A DNA stretch of 64,000 nucleotides from the human T2T-CHM13v2.0 reference genome, Homo sapiens, in NCBI RefSeq assembly GCF_009914755.1, contig NC_060933.1, one strand, 5' to 3'. This document shows, one piece after another, positions 1 through 13,134 of this stretch. Under the pieces are notes generated by a model that worked only from the letters and a program-made list of their open reading frames with translations, did no database searches and had not been told where the DNA came from. Numbering within the stretch: position 1 is the stretch's first letter; each line of letters begins with the position of its first letter. The translations under genes and the position numbers were made by a program.

Positions 1-829
1 TTATCTTTGAGATATTACTGTGACTCTGCATAAAATACTGCTTTCAGGAAAGGACCCTGGCACAGTTTTAACTTTGGAAATAATATGTGTTCTCTTCTGA
101 AGTCAGCCACAGTAGGATTTGTGGTGACTCACTGGAGGAGCATATTAAGGTAGATCCATTAGCATCACCATTAAACAGGAGATTAAGCTAGGCTGTATCA
201 TTCAGTATCCTCACATCACTATTACGTTTGTTTAAGCAGCAAGTCTATTAGCTATAAAGCTTCATATTTAAGTGTAAAGCACAAAATACTCCAGCAAGAA
301 CAACAGAAAAGCCACTTGCAAGTACAAATTGACACAATGCTTTTAACTTTTATTTGTACTTAAAAAAACTTTCTTAAGCTCACCTTGCCTCACCCCCTTA
401 TTTCCACTGTCAGCTAACCACAAATCTTTTTCAAATCAACATCTCAGCTCTCACCAAATTAATTATTTAGGTTCAGATAAAAATTTTATTTACACCATTT
501 TTGTTCATTCATTCTTCAGGTGTTTTTAATCTCTCAGTGTAAAACATTTCTAAACACAGTAAAGCCCAGAACTTCTCTGGCATTTCTATTACTTTCTCTG
601 AGAACAGTCTTCAACTTGTTATTTATGAAGGTTTTTTTTTATATCACTACTTTATATTTCAATCAACCAGTCTAGTGATTTTATCTTAAATTAGTATCAT
701 TCAAACAGTTTAAATGTCAAAGGCCAAGTTTAACCAAGGAAGAAAACATCCTTTAGAGTTATTACTGTACCACTTCAAAAAAAGTATTAAGAAAATCATC
801 TATAGAAATTAAGATAAAATAATGGAAAT

Positions 830-1000
830 CAGGGCCAGTTACATGAGTATGGGACCTGTTCAGTCACACGACCCAAGCTTAAATAAGCCCCACACATGAT
901 TTAATATTTGGCTTTTCCCATATTGAAATTCTTAATTTTTGAAAAGGGGCCCTATGTTTTCATTTTGCACTGGACCTCATAGATTATTTAGCCAGTCCTG
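830..1000. mobile_element. MER91A-like hAT-Tip100 MITE
   Basis: Termini CAGGGCCAG...CCAGTCCTG form imperfect inverted repeats. Internal TTGAAATTCTTAA...GGGGCCC...TTTTCATTTTGCACTGG matches the MER91A consensus as recalled. Confidence 0.7.
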
Positions 1001-2744
1001 GTTATATTTTATGATGCATGTATGATTTTATTTCCACTCTAATTTATCTTCCAAGTAGCTATAATAGCATGCACTAGCTCATGCAGCTAACTTACCCCAG
1101 GTACAGGGGTGTGAAGATTTTTCTGTTTGTGTGGATGATAAGGTCATTCTTTCTTATTCCAGTGTTTATATTTAAATGGGTAGAGAGTGAACTGGATTGA
1201 CCTTTGGACAAAGATTCAGTCACAAAAGACATTTTTTAAAAAGAAAACTATTTCTTTAAATAATTTATATATATATGAAAAAACATATATATAACATATG
1301 TATATAATACTGAACTGTAATTAAGAGCACTTTAACCGAGATAGAATTTGTATACTTATAAATAAGAATTGTAATATATTTAAAAGCTAAGCAGAGTGAA
1401 GATACAATCTAAAATGCATTGTCATAGTTTGACACAAAATCATATAAATTAGAAAAATCAATGCAGAAGTTAGTCAGGAAATGCAGATAAAGACCAGACA
1501 CAGGAAAATGATCTTAAAGTGCAATATAAGATTCTTCATTAGGCATGCGGCTTATGTCTGTGCATCATTGGTATTTTGGAAAGGATGTCATATTTCCTCC
1601 CTTTTTATTTGTTTTAAGTTTGGAACCTAGAACACTCTAGGTGGCAATGGCTCCTGTAGGCCTGCAAACTTTCTGCTCTTCCCAAGGCAAAGGGAGGTTG
1701 CTGAACTGCCAAGCTCCTATCACAACTTTTCCTGTTTCTTTATATTCTCTAGTGTCTCCAAAGATTGCTTTAGCATTCTGCCACACTCAGCATCCACAGA
1801 AAACTTAGGTGGGAAAAAACCAAAGTAAAGAGTTAGAGATGATTAAACTTTAACGTCTTAGTGCTTAATTCTGATCATCCTGTCCTGAATTCATTAAGGT
1901 ATCAGCACGTGGGCCAATACTTGTTTACGTAATGGTTAAAATATTCCAACTGTTTGAAGGTTCAAGAATAGATCAAGAAAAGCCCAAGAGGCCACTTCTA
2001 GGCCTACTGTAGTATTTGCTATTGAATTCATAAAATAATGCCCTTCAGAGTAAAATCACCTCCTAGCACAGAGAGCAGATGAAACATTTATTTAAAATGT
2101 ATTATATGGCACAGCGTCAGGTAGCAGCACATATTTAACTACATGGAATTGTAGACCTGTTCAGGCTAGTACTCTGCTCTTCTGAAGTGTCACAGCAGCA
2201 TAAAGGAAAGAAGGTTGTAAAGATAATACAACTTTCAAACATTTAGGGCGTTGATGAATACACATTCTCATTTGCATTTTATACAAATTAGCATCAATAG
2301 GTAGGGCAGTATTAAAAGTATCTTTACCACTACTTTGTCTGCACACTTTATGGCAGAATGTGCTTACATGCGCTGTCATCAACATTAAATAAACTTTTGG
2401 GAGATAGGTTCATTGGAGTACTTCTGAACGCATGAAGTCTTTTTGAATAATTGAGGGCATACATTTATATAGTGTTTGTTACTGGAATTAATAAATCCTT
2501 GTATGATATCTCAAATCTTTGAAGAAAAAAGTGGAATCAGTGCATAAGTCAGTGTGCAAAAATCTTTGGCACTAGCCATTTTGTTAAACTTTCTAGGTTT
2601 CAATTTCCCTATCAGTAATATCAAAGGTTGGCCAAGAGGTACCGCTTTCATCTTACCTGTTATGTTAATCTACTTTTATAAAGCCCGTAGAAAGACTTAA
2701 TTTTTCATTATCTGTCTTTGAGACTCCTAATTTCATTGCTTTGT

Positions 2745-3110
2745 GTATTCATTTGTTCATTTATCCCGTAAAGTTTGCTTGATTGATGTCAAGCACTGTT
2801 CCTTAGCTCTGAAGATTCAATGTCAAGGGAGATAGGGCAGGAAAAGATGGAGGAGATATTTTCAGGCTCTCATTTAGCTTAGAGTCTTGTTTGCATTTGG
2901 CAGACAATTATAAAAGAATGACAATTTAATATGGTCTTGCAACTGTGAGAAATATAAAAATGAAGGATTAGATGAGTGCATCTGATCTGGTTAAGAACAA
3001 GGAAAGCTCCCCTGAAGGTTCTCATGACAGAACTGAGATTTAAGACCTGAGTACAGAGGCAGAGTTAATAACTTGAGAAGGCCAGAGTCAGGACTGGAAT
3101 AGGGAAAAGC
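2745..3110 (-). mobile_element. Degraded L2 3' fragment
   Basis: ATTCATTTGTTCATT start followed by AAGCACTGTTC..AGCTCTGAAGAT, the typical reverse-complement L2 tail. Boundaries are approximate. Confidence 0.4.
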
Positions 3111-6100
3111 AAAATCTGGGTTAACAATGATACAATGTTTAGAAAGACTAAATTAACAAATGTATAATCTCAACTATAGACTCCTTGTGATATTACTTGT
3201 CCCAAATAAGGTTTATGAAAATATTTCCATGGTCCTATAAGTCAAAAAATTGCCCTTCTCCTTTGTGTTTTATCTATTTATTATAGATAATTTTTTTTAG
3301 CATGTTGAAGGGTTGATGCTCATTGAAACACCACTTTTCTCAGTACTAGTCCAGGACAAAGTAGTGGTACTATTTTTAATTGATTATTGTGCAATATGTC
3401 AGCCTTATAGTGATACTTTCTGTGTTGCTTGTGTTTCAGTCAAAGGAAAAAATTGAACCATTGACCGTTCTTGTAGGCATACTTTCTGGTCAAGCAGGCT
3501 TACACCTGATATGGTCATCAACACTATAAATAGTTGGGAGATACATTAATTGGAACCCTTCCTAAAGAATGAAGTTGCTGAGTAACTGAAGGTATATGTG
3601 TTTGTAATGTTTATTTTATGGATAAAACCATTCTTAGTATATCATCATTTTCTGATAACACCATAGAGAAAGAGAGCTTGTTATGAATTTGCTAATCTCT
3701 TTTTCATTTGGAGGCTAACCTAATGATTTAGTGTCACTGTTCTGTCCTTATAAAAGTTAACACATATTACATTGTACTTTTAAGGAAGTTTTGGCAACAG
3801 CAGATTTCCAATTTTAATATTCTAATTTAGAATTGAATAGTCATCATAACACTTAACCCAGTGAAAAATAAATACACAAAGAACTTTTCTTTATGAAATT
3901 AGAACCACATTTCAAACTTTAGGTATTAAAAATAGCTTATAAAACAAACTCTGGAAGATTCTGATTATGTGGGGTGATAATGATAGTGCAATAATGCATT
4001 TCCCAGAATGACAGCTAGTGATATCTCTAAATGGCCTTCAGTAGAAGAAAGAAAACACACTGCTCCAATCAATACACAGATAGTCCATAATGTAAAGATT
4101 AGAATCAGAATATTTAAAAATTTAATACTTTGCCACTCCATATAGCACTTTGGAAGTCAATATCTTTGGAAACCTGGTCCATTTCCCTTCTTTGAAAGCA
4201 TTATATATTTAAACTTTTTAAATTATTTATCTAGTCCATGTGATTAAAAATGAACAAAGTTAGCCCATCCATTATCTTCTGCAGCTGCTGTCTGGATATT
4301 AGTATTTGTTTTTTTCTCCCTCTTAAATACTTGATTTTTTTTTTCTTCTTATCCTGTAAAGAGCTCAATAGATACATTAAGAGAGCAAAAGGAAACCTCA
4401 TCTACTAACATCACAGGGTGCTGCTGCATAAATAATGGGTAAAAGTGGCTGTGCATGAACAATATACTTAAATATTTTTACTCAACTGTGTTACTGCTGA
4501 TAGTTTCACCAGATAGTTTAAAATGTGCCGAAACTATCAGCAGATAGTTTAAAATGACCTGATAGTTTAAAATGTAGTAAAATGGCAAGAAAGCCTATCA
4601 TGTGTTTCTTTTCCTGGCCTATTGTAAATAGTGTGTTTTTCTATTTGTCTTTTTAAAAATTTACTCTCAAAGCTACTCCAAAGTCAACTCTTGCAGAATA
4701 AAAACATTATTAATTGAGTTGTTTTAGTCCTTCTTCTACAAGAATTGTCATGATGAAAGGGAAAGCTCATATTTCAATAAAGTGAAGAAATATTTTTAAA
4801 ATAGCAAATTTAATGTAATGTATCATACCAGTGTAATTTTATGGTTATTAATTTGCTTCCCTTTAAATGTCTTTATTTTTACATATTTTCTTTCAATTTT
4901 GCTGAGATCAGAATTGCTGATTTTGTAAATGTGCTACCTAGCTTGGATTATATAATATGACTTTTATTATTTCTTATGAGGGTTTCTGATATTAAGAAAG
5001 AAATGTCTGTTTTACTATCCTACCATAGCTTTTCATTAACTCTACTTTAGAGACCTTTTTTAATTCCTATTTTATCATTAAAATATTTAAAATATCAGAA
5101 GAATAGAACACTGTAAAACTATATATAAAAGAAAATATAAAAATGTCAAAGAAACACCCAAATATTTAAAGATAATAAATAAAAAATTAGACAGGGACAC
5201 TATTTTCTTTCTGTTTTATGCTGAAAGACTTTAGAAAGAAATCTCTTAAAATGTTTCCTAGGAATCTCCTCATATTCCATGGCAATACAATTATGCCACT
5301 TAGCTTTCAGGAAAATAGATTATTATAGCTTCAGCCCATTGTCCACAATGTGTAACACATCTTTTTGTTTTTTAATGTACTAAGTATCTCCAGTATTAAC
5401 AAGTGTTCTTCTTTATCTGAAGCAAGATAAGAGATTGGGGGGAGAATCTGATCTAATATTTTTGGTGCTTCCACTGGTTATCAACAGAATACTTAAGAAT
5501 GACAGGAAGTTATATGTTTTACCTCTTTGGAGCATAGTGCTCAAATATGCATATTGTGTGGATATTTTTGGCACAATAGAGGCTGTGAAAATCCTGGTTA
5601 TGCCAGGCCAACAGGGAGAATCTTCATAGGATTTTACTATTTCCTTCATCCTAACTCTCATTCAAGTGAAATAAACAGCTGATCTTCATCTGTTTTTCTT
5701 GAGATCAGATTTCAACTGAAAATACAGAATAAATTGGGGTGCTTCCAAAATTCTTATTTGGTGATTTATAAAAAGATGGAATGCATGGTGAAAATAGGAA
5801 TTTATATTCTGTAATCTTGCTAGTTCCCAAGTTCCATAATGCCCAAATATTCTATTGCTTTTCTGTAATGAGTTTGTTCTACTGATCTGACTACTGAGAT
5901 AGCAGATAATGTTCAGAATCGGTGTTTTTGAACACAATCACAAGTATTAGAAATAAGTGACTGAATTTATAGCGACTTGATATTGATACAGGAGTGCTGG
6001 GAAGGGAAGAGTGTGGTCCCTTTAAATTATATGGAAAGGGAGAGGAGGGCGTGGTCCCCTGGCTAGGGCTCCACCCCCACAGACCTTGGCAAGGAAAGGC

Positions 6101-6520
6101 TTTTCCTGCCCAAATGTTGCATTACCCAACAGCACCCTGGCCTGCCACACCCTCATCCTGTGCCTGTAAAAACCCGAGACCCCAGCAGGCAGACACACAG
6201 GTGGCTGGACATTGAGCATATCAGTGGAGGAACACATAGGCGGCTGGATGTGGAGAGGAACGCACCAACAGGTACCCGCATGTCAGCAGGCCAACGACCA
6301 ACAGAATGACATGGAGTCTGGCTGGTGCAGTTGGAGGAGAGCCCAGGCCACTGAAAGGCCTGTCTCCAGGGGAAAACCATTTCCTTCTGGCTCTCCCATC
6401 TGCTGAGAGTGCTAAATCACTCAATAAAACCTTGCACTATTTTTCCAAGCCCATATGTGATCCCATTCTTCCAGTACCCTAAGGCAAGATCCTCAGGATA
6501 CAGAAAATCCTCTGTCCTTG

Positions 6521-8079
6521 TGAGAGGTGACAATGTGTTAGCAGCCCTCGCTCACTCTCAGTGCCTCCTCGACCTCAGCATCCACTCTGGCCACGCTTGA
6601 GGAGCCCTTCAGCCCGCCACTGCACTGTGGGAGCCCATCTCTGGGCTGGTCAAGGCCAGAGTCAGCTCCCTCTGCTTGCAGGGAGGTGTGGAGGGAGAGA
6701 CGCGGGCGGGAACCAGGGCTGCACGTGGTGCTCGCAGGCCAGCGCAAGTTCCGGGTGGCCGCAGGCTCCGTGGGTCCCACAGTTGGAGCTGCTGGCTGGT
6801 GCCGCCAGCCGTGCCGGCTCCAGGTAGTGAGGGGCTTAGCACCCGGGCCAGCAGCTGCGGAGGGTGCTCCAGGTTCCCCATTGCTGCCGGCCTGCCTGCA
6901 CCAGGCTTGAATTCTCACCAGGCCTCAGCCCCCTCCCCGCAAGGCAGGACTCCGGACCAGCAGCCCACCATGCCCCAGCTCCCCCTACCCCCCATGGGCT
7001 CCCACATGGCCCGAGCCTCCCCGACGGGTGCCGCCCCTGCTCCACGGTGCCCAGTACCATCGACCGCCCAAGGGCTGAGGAATGCAGGCACGTGGCGTGG
7101 GACCGGTGGGCAGCTCCAGCCGTGGTCCTGGCACGGGATCCACTCGGTGAAGCCACCTGGGCTCCTGAGTCAGGTGGGGACTTGGAGAACTTTTATGTCT
7201 AGCTGGAGGATTGTATATGCACCAATCAGCACTCTGTGTCTAGCTCAGGGTTCGTGGATGCACCATTCAGCACTCTGTATCTAGCTAATCTGGTGGGGAC
7301 TTGGAGAACTTTTATGTCTAGCTAAAGGATTGTAAATGCACCAATCAGCACTCTGTGTCTAGCTCAAGGTTTGTAAATGCACCAATCAGTGCTCTGTGTC
7401 TAGCTAATCTAGTGGGGACTTGGAGAACTTTTACATCTATCTAGAGGATTGTAAATACACCAATCAGCACTCTGTGTCTAGCTCAGGGATTCTAAACGCA
7501 CCAATCAGCACCCTGTCAAAATGGACCAATCAGCTCTCTGTAAAGTGGACCAATCAGCTCTCTGTAAAATGGGTCAATCAGCAGTATGTGGGTGGGGTGA
7601 GATAAGGGAATAAAAGCGGGCTGCCCGAGCCAGCGGAGGCAACCTGCTAGGGTCCCCTTCCACAGTGTGGAAGTTTTGTTTTTTCGCTCTTTGCAATAAG
7701 TCTTGTTGTTGCTCACTGTTTGGGTCCACACCACATTTAAGAGCTGTAACACTCACCGTTAAGGTCTGCAGCTTCACTCCTGAAGCCAGCGAGATCACGA
7801 ACCCACTGGGAGGTACGAATAACTGTGGATGGAAGGAACGAACAACTCCAGACGTGCCACCTTTGTGAGGTGTAACACTCACTGCGAAGGTCTGCAGCTT
7901 CACTCCTGAAGCCAGCGAGACCACAAACCCACCAGAAGGAAGAAACTCCAGACACATCCAAACATCGGAAGGAACAAATTCCGGACACATCATCTTTAAG
8001 AACTGTAACACTCAGGGTGAGGGTCCGCAGCTTCATTCCTGAAGTCAGTGAGACCAAGAACCCACCAATTCCGGACACA
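6521..8079 (+). mobile_element. LTR12 (C/D/E-type) ERV9 solo LTR, full length
   Basis: Starts TGAGAGGTGACA and ends CCAATTCCGGACACA. Perfect 4-bp TSD CTTG (6517-6520 / 8080-8083). GC/CpG-rich U3, tandem CCAAT enhancer units and triplicated U5 units (TGTAACACTC...GCAGCTTCA). Confidence 0.93.
7170..7620 (+). promoter_or_regulatory. LTR12 U3 enhancer/promoter: NF-Y CCAAT array, GATA site, AATAAAA TATA-like box
   Basis: Intact CCAAT at 7222, 7341, 7382, 7460, 7501, 7526 and 7550 within CACCAATCAGCACTCTGTGTCTAGCT-type repeats. AGATAA at 7600. AATAAAA at 7609-7615. Confidence 0.8.
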
Positions 8080-8809
8080 CTTGTGACGAGTCAAAGGGTC
8101 TAATTGAGCTGGTTAACATAGGCCGTCTACATACAGATAAACTAAAAGAGCAACCTGTCATACACGCTTACTGGGGCTTCTGGAGCTATAAACATTCACC
8201 ACTAGACACTGCCATGGGGTCTGAGCCCCATAACCTGTCCATCTGTATGCTCCCCTAGAGATTTGAGCAGTGGGCACTGAAGAAGCAAGCCACTTCCCCA
8301 CTGAAGTGGGACAAGGGAAGTTTTCCCACTTCATTATGACATGTTCTTTCTATGCAGAAAACATAAGCACAATTATAGTAAAAATGTTAAATAACATTTA
8401 GAAAAAAATAGATATAAACTTCCATGAGGGGTAGAAGTAATATCCTTAGTCAACTTGAATGTCTCACTCTCGTCTTGCTCAATTTTACTTCTTAGATTTT
8501 TTTTCTGGATCTGTTCCAATATGTCTCACACTATTTTTATCCAATCTGGAGTACATTGGAGTGCTGCGTCTTTATATTTGGACCATAATTACTCTTTGTT
8601 AAATGCCCTTATTCAGGGAAGACTTGGCATCCAGTGTCCATATCCATTTTAGCATCAGTACAACTCAGAAATCCCAGGATCTAACAGCCTTTACCTGCAA
8701 ATAATATCAGAATATTAACATTCATACTTTGATAGTTTCTTGCCTTCCCAATTCACTGTAGATTCTCTGTCATTTTTCAAAATCTTGAGAGAATTTTTTT
8801 CGTGTCATT

Positions 8810-9050
8810 AAGAATAATGACTAGCATTTATTAACTTATATGCCAGTCATGTTATGTACATTTTCAAATTTAATGTTTTTCACAAGTTTAAAAAGTAGGC
8901 AGTGTAATTATCCTCTGTTTAGAAATAAGAAAGCAAGAGCAAAGAAAATTTAAGCATTAGTTTAAGTTTATAAAAATTCTATTAAATGAGACGTTAGATT
9001 TTGAATCTAGTTCTTTATAAACTAAAGCTTATGCTCTTAAATTCTTAATA
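8810..9050 (-). mobile_element. MIR SINE, degraded
   Basis: AATAATGACTAGCATTTATT...GTAGGCAGTGTAATTATCCTCTGTTTAGAAATAAGAAA...TTGAATCTAG resembles the MIR core in reverse orientation. Confidence 0.55.
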
Positions 9051-12000
9051 TACTATTTTCTGGAAATGTTTCATATTTACTTACAAATAGCCCTTTCTTG
9101 TTTCTCTTGGGTGCTCTGCTTTTTTATGTCTGTTTTTGAAGAATCACTTGAGGTTAGATGGTAAGCCACCTTGCTACATTGTATCGGGGCCCTTACTGAG
9201 AAGCCTGCCTTGCTCACCATTTTGTTGCCATAGAGCTCCAAGACTCTTGTGTTGCCCTAAGATGCTAGGTCCCCTTTGTTCTTCTGTTAAGAAAAGAAAT
9301 TAAAACAGCATGTATCTTCAGACATTCACTCAGTTTGTTTGACATTTTTTTCTCTTTTCTTGAGGACGTATATATCGGTTTCTACCATCATCTCTCAACT
9401 AGCTTTCTCATCTGTTTTTCTCCTCAGTAACAAGTTAAATAAAATTTTGGCATGTATTTAACGAGTAGCGTTTAAAAAAACTAATCATTGTATTTTGGAA
9501 ACCTCACTTTTAAAAAATAATGCCTTGATTCTCACAGAAATAGTTTTACTACACTTATGGGTGCAATTTGTGCAAAAGATACCGCAGACTACTCACCATT
9601 ATTTCTATTTCTGGCTTCAGGTGTTAGTGAATTAGAATTCCCTCTTATAAACTTTGTTGCCTTATAGCTTTGTAAATAAATGCTTATTTTTGTCAAACTC
9701 ACATGTTCAGATAACTCTAAAATTCAGTTTAGATTCAGCGGGAACTCTTGCTACATTAATTGTATTGAAATTACACTTCTACCGATTTAGTCCATTTTAA
9801 TCTCTTGAAATTAGAGATCTTACATTATAGAATTCCCTGGACAGAGTACCATACTTGAAATATATTGAGTATTCAGCTGATGTTTATTTAAGTGAACCGA
9901 ACAGAAGAAAGTTCTTCCTTTCTGCTTATTTACTTGCTCAAACTCAACTTTGACTTTAGGTACTTATCAACAATTATCTCCCAGAGGTGTTACTGTCTCT
10001 TTTAAAGCTGCAAAGTTCTTACCATTTATAACTTACAACTAAACTCTCCCGTCTTTGTTTAATTCTGTAACTTTCTTCTTGCTTTCTGTGATAATTTGAG
10101 TATCGCCTGCCAACATATACTGTGTTTCTGTGATCTGCTTTTTGTTTCTGCTCTCATCACTGGAGGACTGTTTTACTAATTGAAGGCTTTTGTTAGAAGG
10201 AGTACTAAAATAAAATATAATTTTCAAAAAGTTAAAAACATGACACTCATAACTATAAAATTAACAGGCCAATGTTTTAACTTAACTGTAATGTAGGAAT
10301 AAGATGTTAAACCTGGTTCAAAAAAGAATTTGAGGAATTTGGATTTTTATTGTTTCCCTGCCATAAAAGTGCAAAAATAAATTTGCTAACAGATGTGTAA
10401 CTGATTAGTGATTAATCTAGATAGGAAATGGTAATCTTTGGTTTACTTTTCCTCCTGACCAGAAATCATTTGCATTACTATAAAGAATCATTTGCAATGT
10501 TCATTGACAGATTATTAGTAATGTGCTTAGGATTGTATGTATTTCTATCAGTTTTCTATATATTAATTTCTAATATTAATTATAAAATATCCTAATAAAT
10601 AGTAAATTTGAAGTCAAAAGAACATACCCTAGAAAATCAGATAATCCCTTCAAAGAATGGGCCATTCCCAATACTATCTTAAAAATACTCCCAATTATCT
10701 CTTTGCATATTTCCAAGTTTTAGATAAATTTTCCTAACAAATTTAATTGCTCGAGTGGAATTTGGCTGAAAATGGATCCACTATTGTGTAAACCAAGAAT
10801 TAACTTAGATAATATTTTCCCACTATTCAGGGTAGCAGGGTACCTTTCTCTCTCTGATCAAGCTTTGTAAGCAGATGACTAAGATGGGAAATATCAAGAT
10901 TAAATTTTGAGTCCTTTGCTGTTGTACTTTTTATTTTTATTTTTTAAACAGTCTCTCAAGAGCTAAAAGAAGCCAATTTTGGGGAAAGTGAAACTTTTAA
11001 TGACCCTCCACATCACAACAAGTGAAGAAAAACATTCAGAATAAAGTACAGCACATTGAGATCTTGAAGGTAAATAACTCTTTTGATTAGAATATATGCT
11101 GAACCAAAGAACAGGTCATTTTTTAAATTTAATTCAAACTGGCTAGCCAGGATGTACATGCACATTTTTATCAGTAGAAATATTTGACTCTTGTTTCTTG
11201 GTAACATATAGGGGCTTGAAAATACTTGTTGAATGGATTAAATGTTACTTAGAACCAAAGAATTGTGAGGGAAAACCATTTCTTATTTTAAATGAAAATT
11301 GTCTCAACTACATCTTGTTTTGGGCAGAAGTATGTTTAAATATCATGTCAATTCATTGCCTAGAATTACATTGGCTTTTCTGTTCTTAATTGCCTTCCTT
11401 TTTCATTGGTTGGCACCACATTATAATATAATAACTTTGGGATTTTATTTAATTTTGTCAAAAATTCTAAGCTCTTAACAATAATAAAAACAAATAACCT
11501 CAAACATTATGGACTCACATAAATATGTAGAAATTCAGAATATTTAACACGTGTGAATATTACAAAGTTAAAATTTTTTCAGTCTCCTTTATTGATGTCT
11601 GCTATCTAGATACCAGTGTTTGGATGAGTCTCTACTCAAACAAACTATCATGGTTTTAGTCTGAGATGTGTATTAAGTATCTTTTCTTCAAATCGTCTTT
11701 TGAGTCATGGAGGGAGGAACGGGAAACTTAGCTATTATGCATTTTAAGTACCATCCAATTTATTTTCTCTCCAGTAGCATACACACTATGGGGTCATTCT
11801 ATTTAGGCAATGACACATAATTTTTTTTCTCTCAAATCTCCTGAAGGATCCTGCCACCCTAACAGAGTCTGCTGTCCATTTTTATCAACAAAGAAAGGGT
11901 GTGTATGACAGGATTTTAGTATTTCCAGGTGGCTGAGAAAGAGAATAAGATACAACAGCTCTTCCTTTTCACTCAATAGCTGAGAGGATAACAGGAACTG

Positions 12001-12088
12001 GCAGGTGGAAAAATGATGAAGAATTCAAATAGGTAATGCAGCTCTGGACTGGACCATGGAGGAGAAAACAAGAGGACAGATTATGGGC

Positions 12089-12888
12089 CAGTGTCTTTCG
12101 CTGTCAGATATTCCCATTCAATAAGCTCAAAATCTTTGTAAAAATCATTGCCTAAAAATCATTGCCTATACTCCGTAAATATTTTAAGATATATTCTTTT
12201 TTGAAATAATTTATCATATTTTCTCAACAGCATTTTTTTTTTTCCTTACATGTGGGACATGGATTTTGATGTATGTGCCTTGCGTTCTGGAGTTAGTCAA
12301 ACAAAAAGGGAATAGGGAAGAATTTAAAACCAGTCTTTTAAATATTTGGATACCTTTAAAATACTTGTAATATGCAGCCCTAAAAAACAATGAGTTCATA
12401 TCCTTTGCAGGGGCATGGAAGAAGCTAGAAGCCATCATTCTCAGTAAACTAACACAGGAACAGAAAACCAAACACCGCATGTTTGGTTTGGGTAGCAGTG
12501 CATTTCGCTATCAGTTATTCCAATTTAATAAGCTCAACATCTTTGTAAAAATCATTGCCTAAAAATCATTGCCTATAATCCATAAATATTTGAAGAGATA
12601 TTCTTTTTTGAAATAATCTATCACATTTTCTCAACAGCAATTTTTTTCCTTACATGTGGGACATGGATTTTGATGTATCTGTCTTGTGTTCTAGAGTTAG
12701 TCAAACAAAAAGGGAATAGGGAAGAATATAAAAGCTGCCTTTTAAATATTTTGATACCTTTAAAATACTTGTAATATGTAGCCCTAAAAAAAGAATGAGT
12801 TCATGTCTTTTGCAGGGACATGGATGAAGCTGGAAGCCATCATTCTCAGCAAACTAAGATGGGAAAAGACAACCAAACACTGCATGTT
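12089..12888 (+). repeat. Tandem duplication, ~405-bp unit (12089-12483 and 12496-12888), covering unique flank plus the first ~110 bp of an L1
   Basis: Two colinear copies (...AATAAGCTCAA.ATCTTTGTAAAAATCATTGCCTAAAAATCATTGCCTA...GCATGTT) at offset 405-407, with about one difference in ten by eye. Confidence 0.92.
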
Positions 12889-13134
12889 CTCACTTATAAG
12901 TGGGAGTTGATCAGTGAGAACACGTAGACACAGGGAGGGAAACATCACACACTGGAGCCTGTTTTGGGGGCTGGGGAACAAGGAGAAGGAGAGCATTAGG
13001 ACAAATACCTAATGCATGTGGGGCTTAAAACCTCGATGATGGGTGAATAGGTGCAGCAAACCACCATGGCACAGGTATACCTATGTAAAAACCTGCACAT
13101 TCTGCACAAGTATCTCAGAACTTAAAAAAGAAAA
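12777..13134 (+). mobile_element. 5'-truncated L1PA (approx. PA8-PA13) 3' end
   Basis: ORF2 C-terminus and 3'UTR (AATGCATGTGGGGCTTAAAACC...CAGAACTTAAA) plus A tail. TSD AAAATACTTGTAATA (12762-12776) / AAAGTACTTGTAATA (13135-13149). Confidence 0.88.

Larger units (their letters stand above)
5984..8333 (+). mobile_element. LTR1-family (ERV1) solo LTR, split by an LTR12 insertion (segments 5984-6520 and 8080-8333)
   Basis: Starts TGATACAGGAGTGCTGGGAAGGG and ends TTTTCCCACTTCA. AATAAA at 6423-6428. Imperfect 4-bp TSD ATAT/TTAT. The sequence reads continuously across the LTR12 (CTCTGTCCTTG|TGACGAG...TCTAATTGAGCTGGTTAAC). Confidence 0.75.

Noticed and set aside
7170-7580. Regularly spaced repeats resembling a CRISPR array
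   Set aside because: These are the known LTR12 U3 enhancer repeats. The spacers are themselves repetitive, there are no cas genes, and the DNA is human.
5994-8078. Cluster of overlapping ORFs up to 202 aa
   Set aside because: All lie in GC-rich LTR1/LTR12 sequence, where stop codons are rare. No recognisable domains, and many overlap on both strands.
9091-9166. Possible exon (pyrimidine tract, AG, then ATG|GTAAGC donor) downstream of LTR12
   Set aside because: Such splice-like motifs are frequent by chance in AT-rich DNA and there is no transcript evidence.
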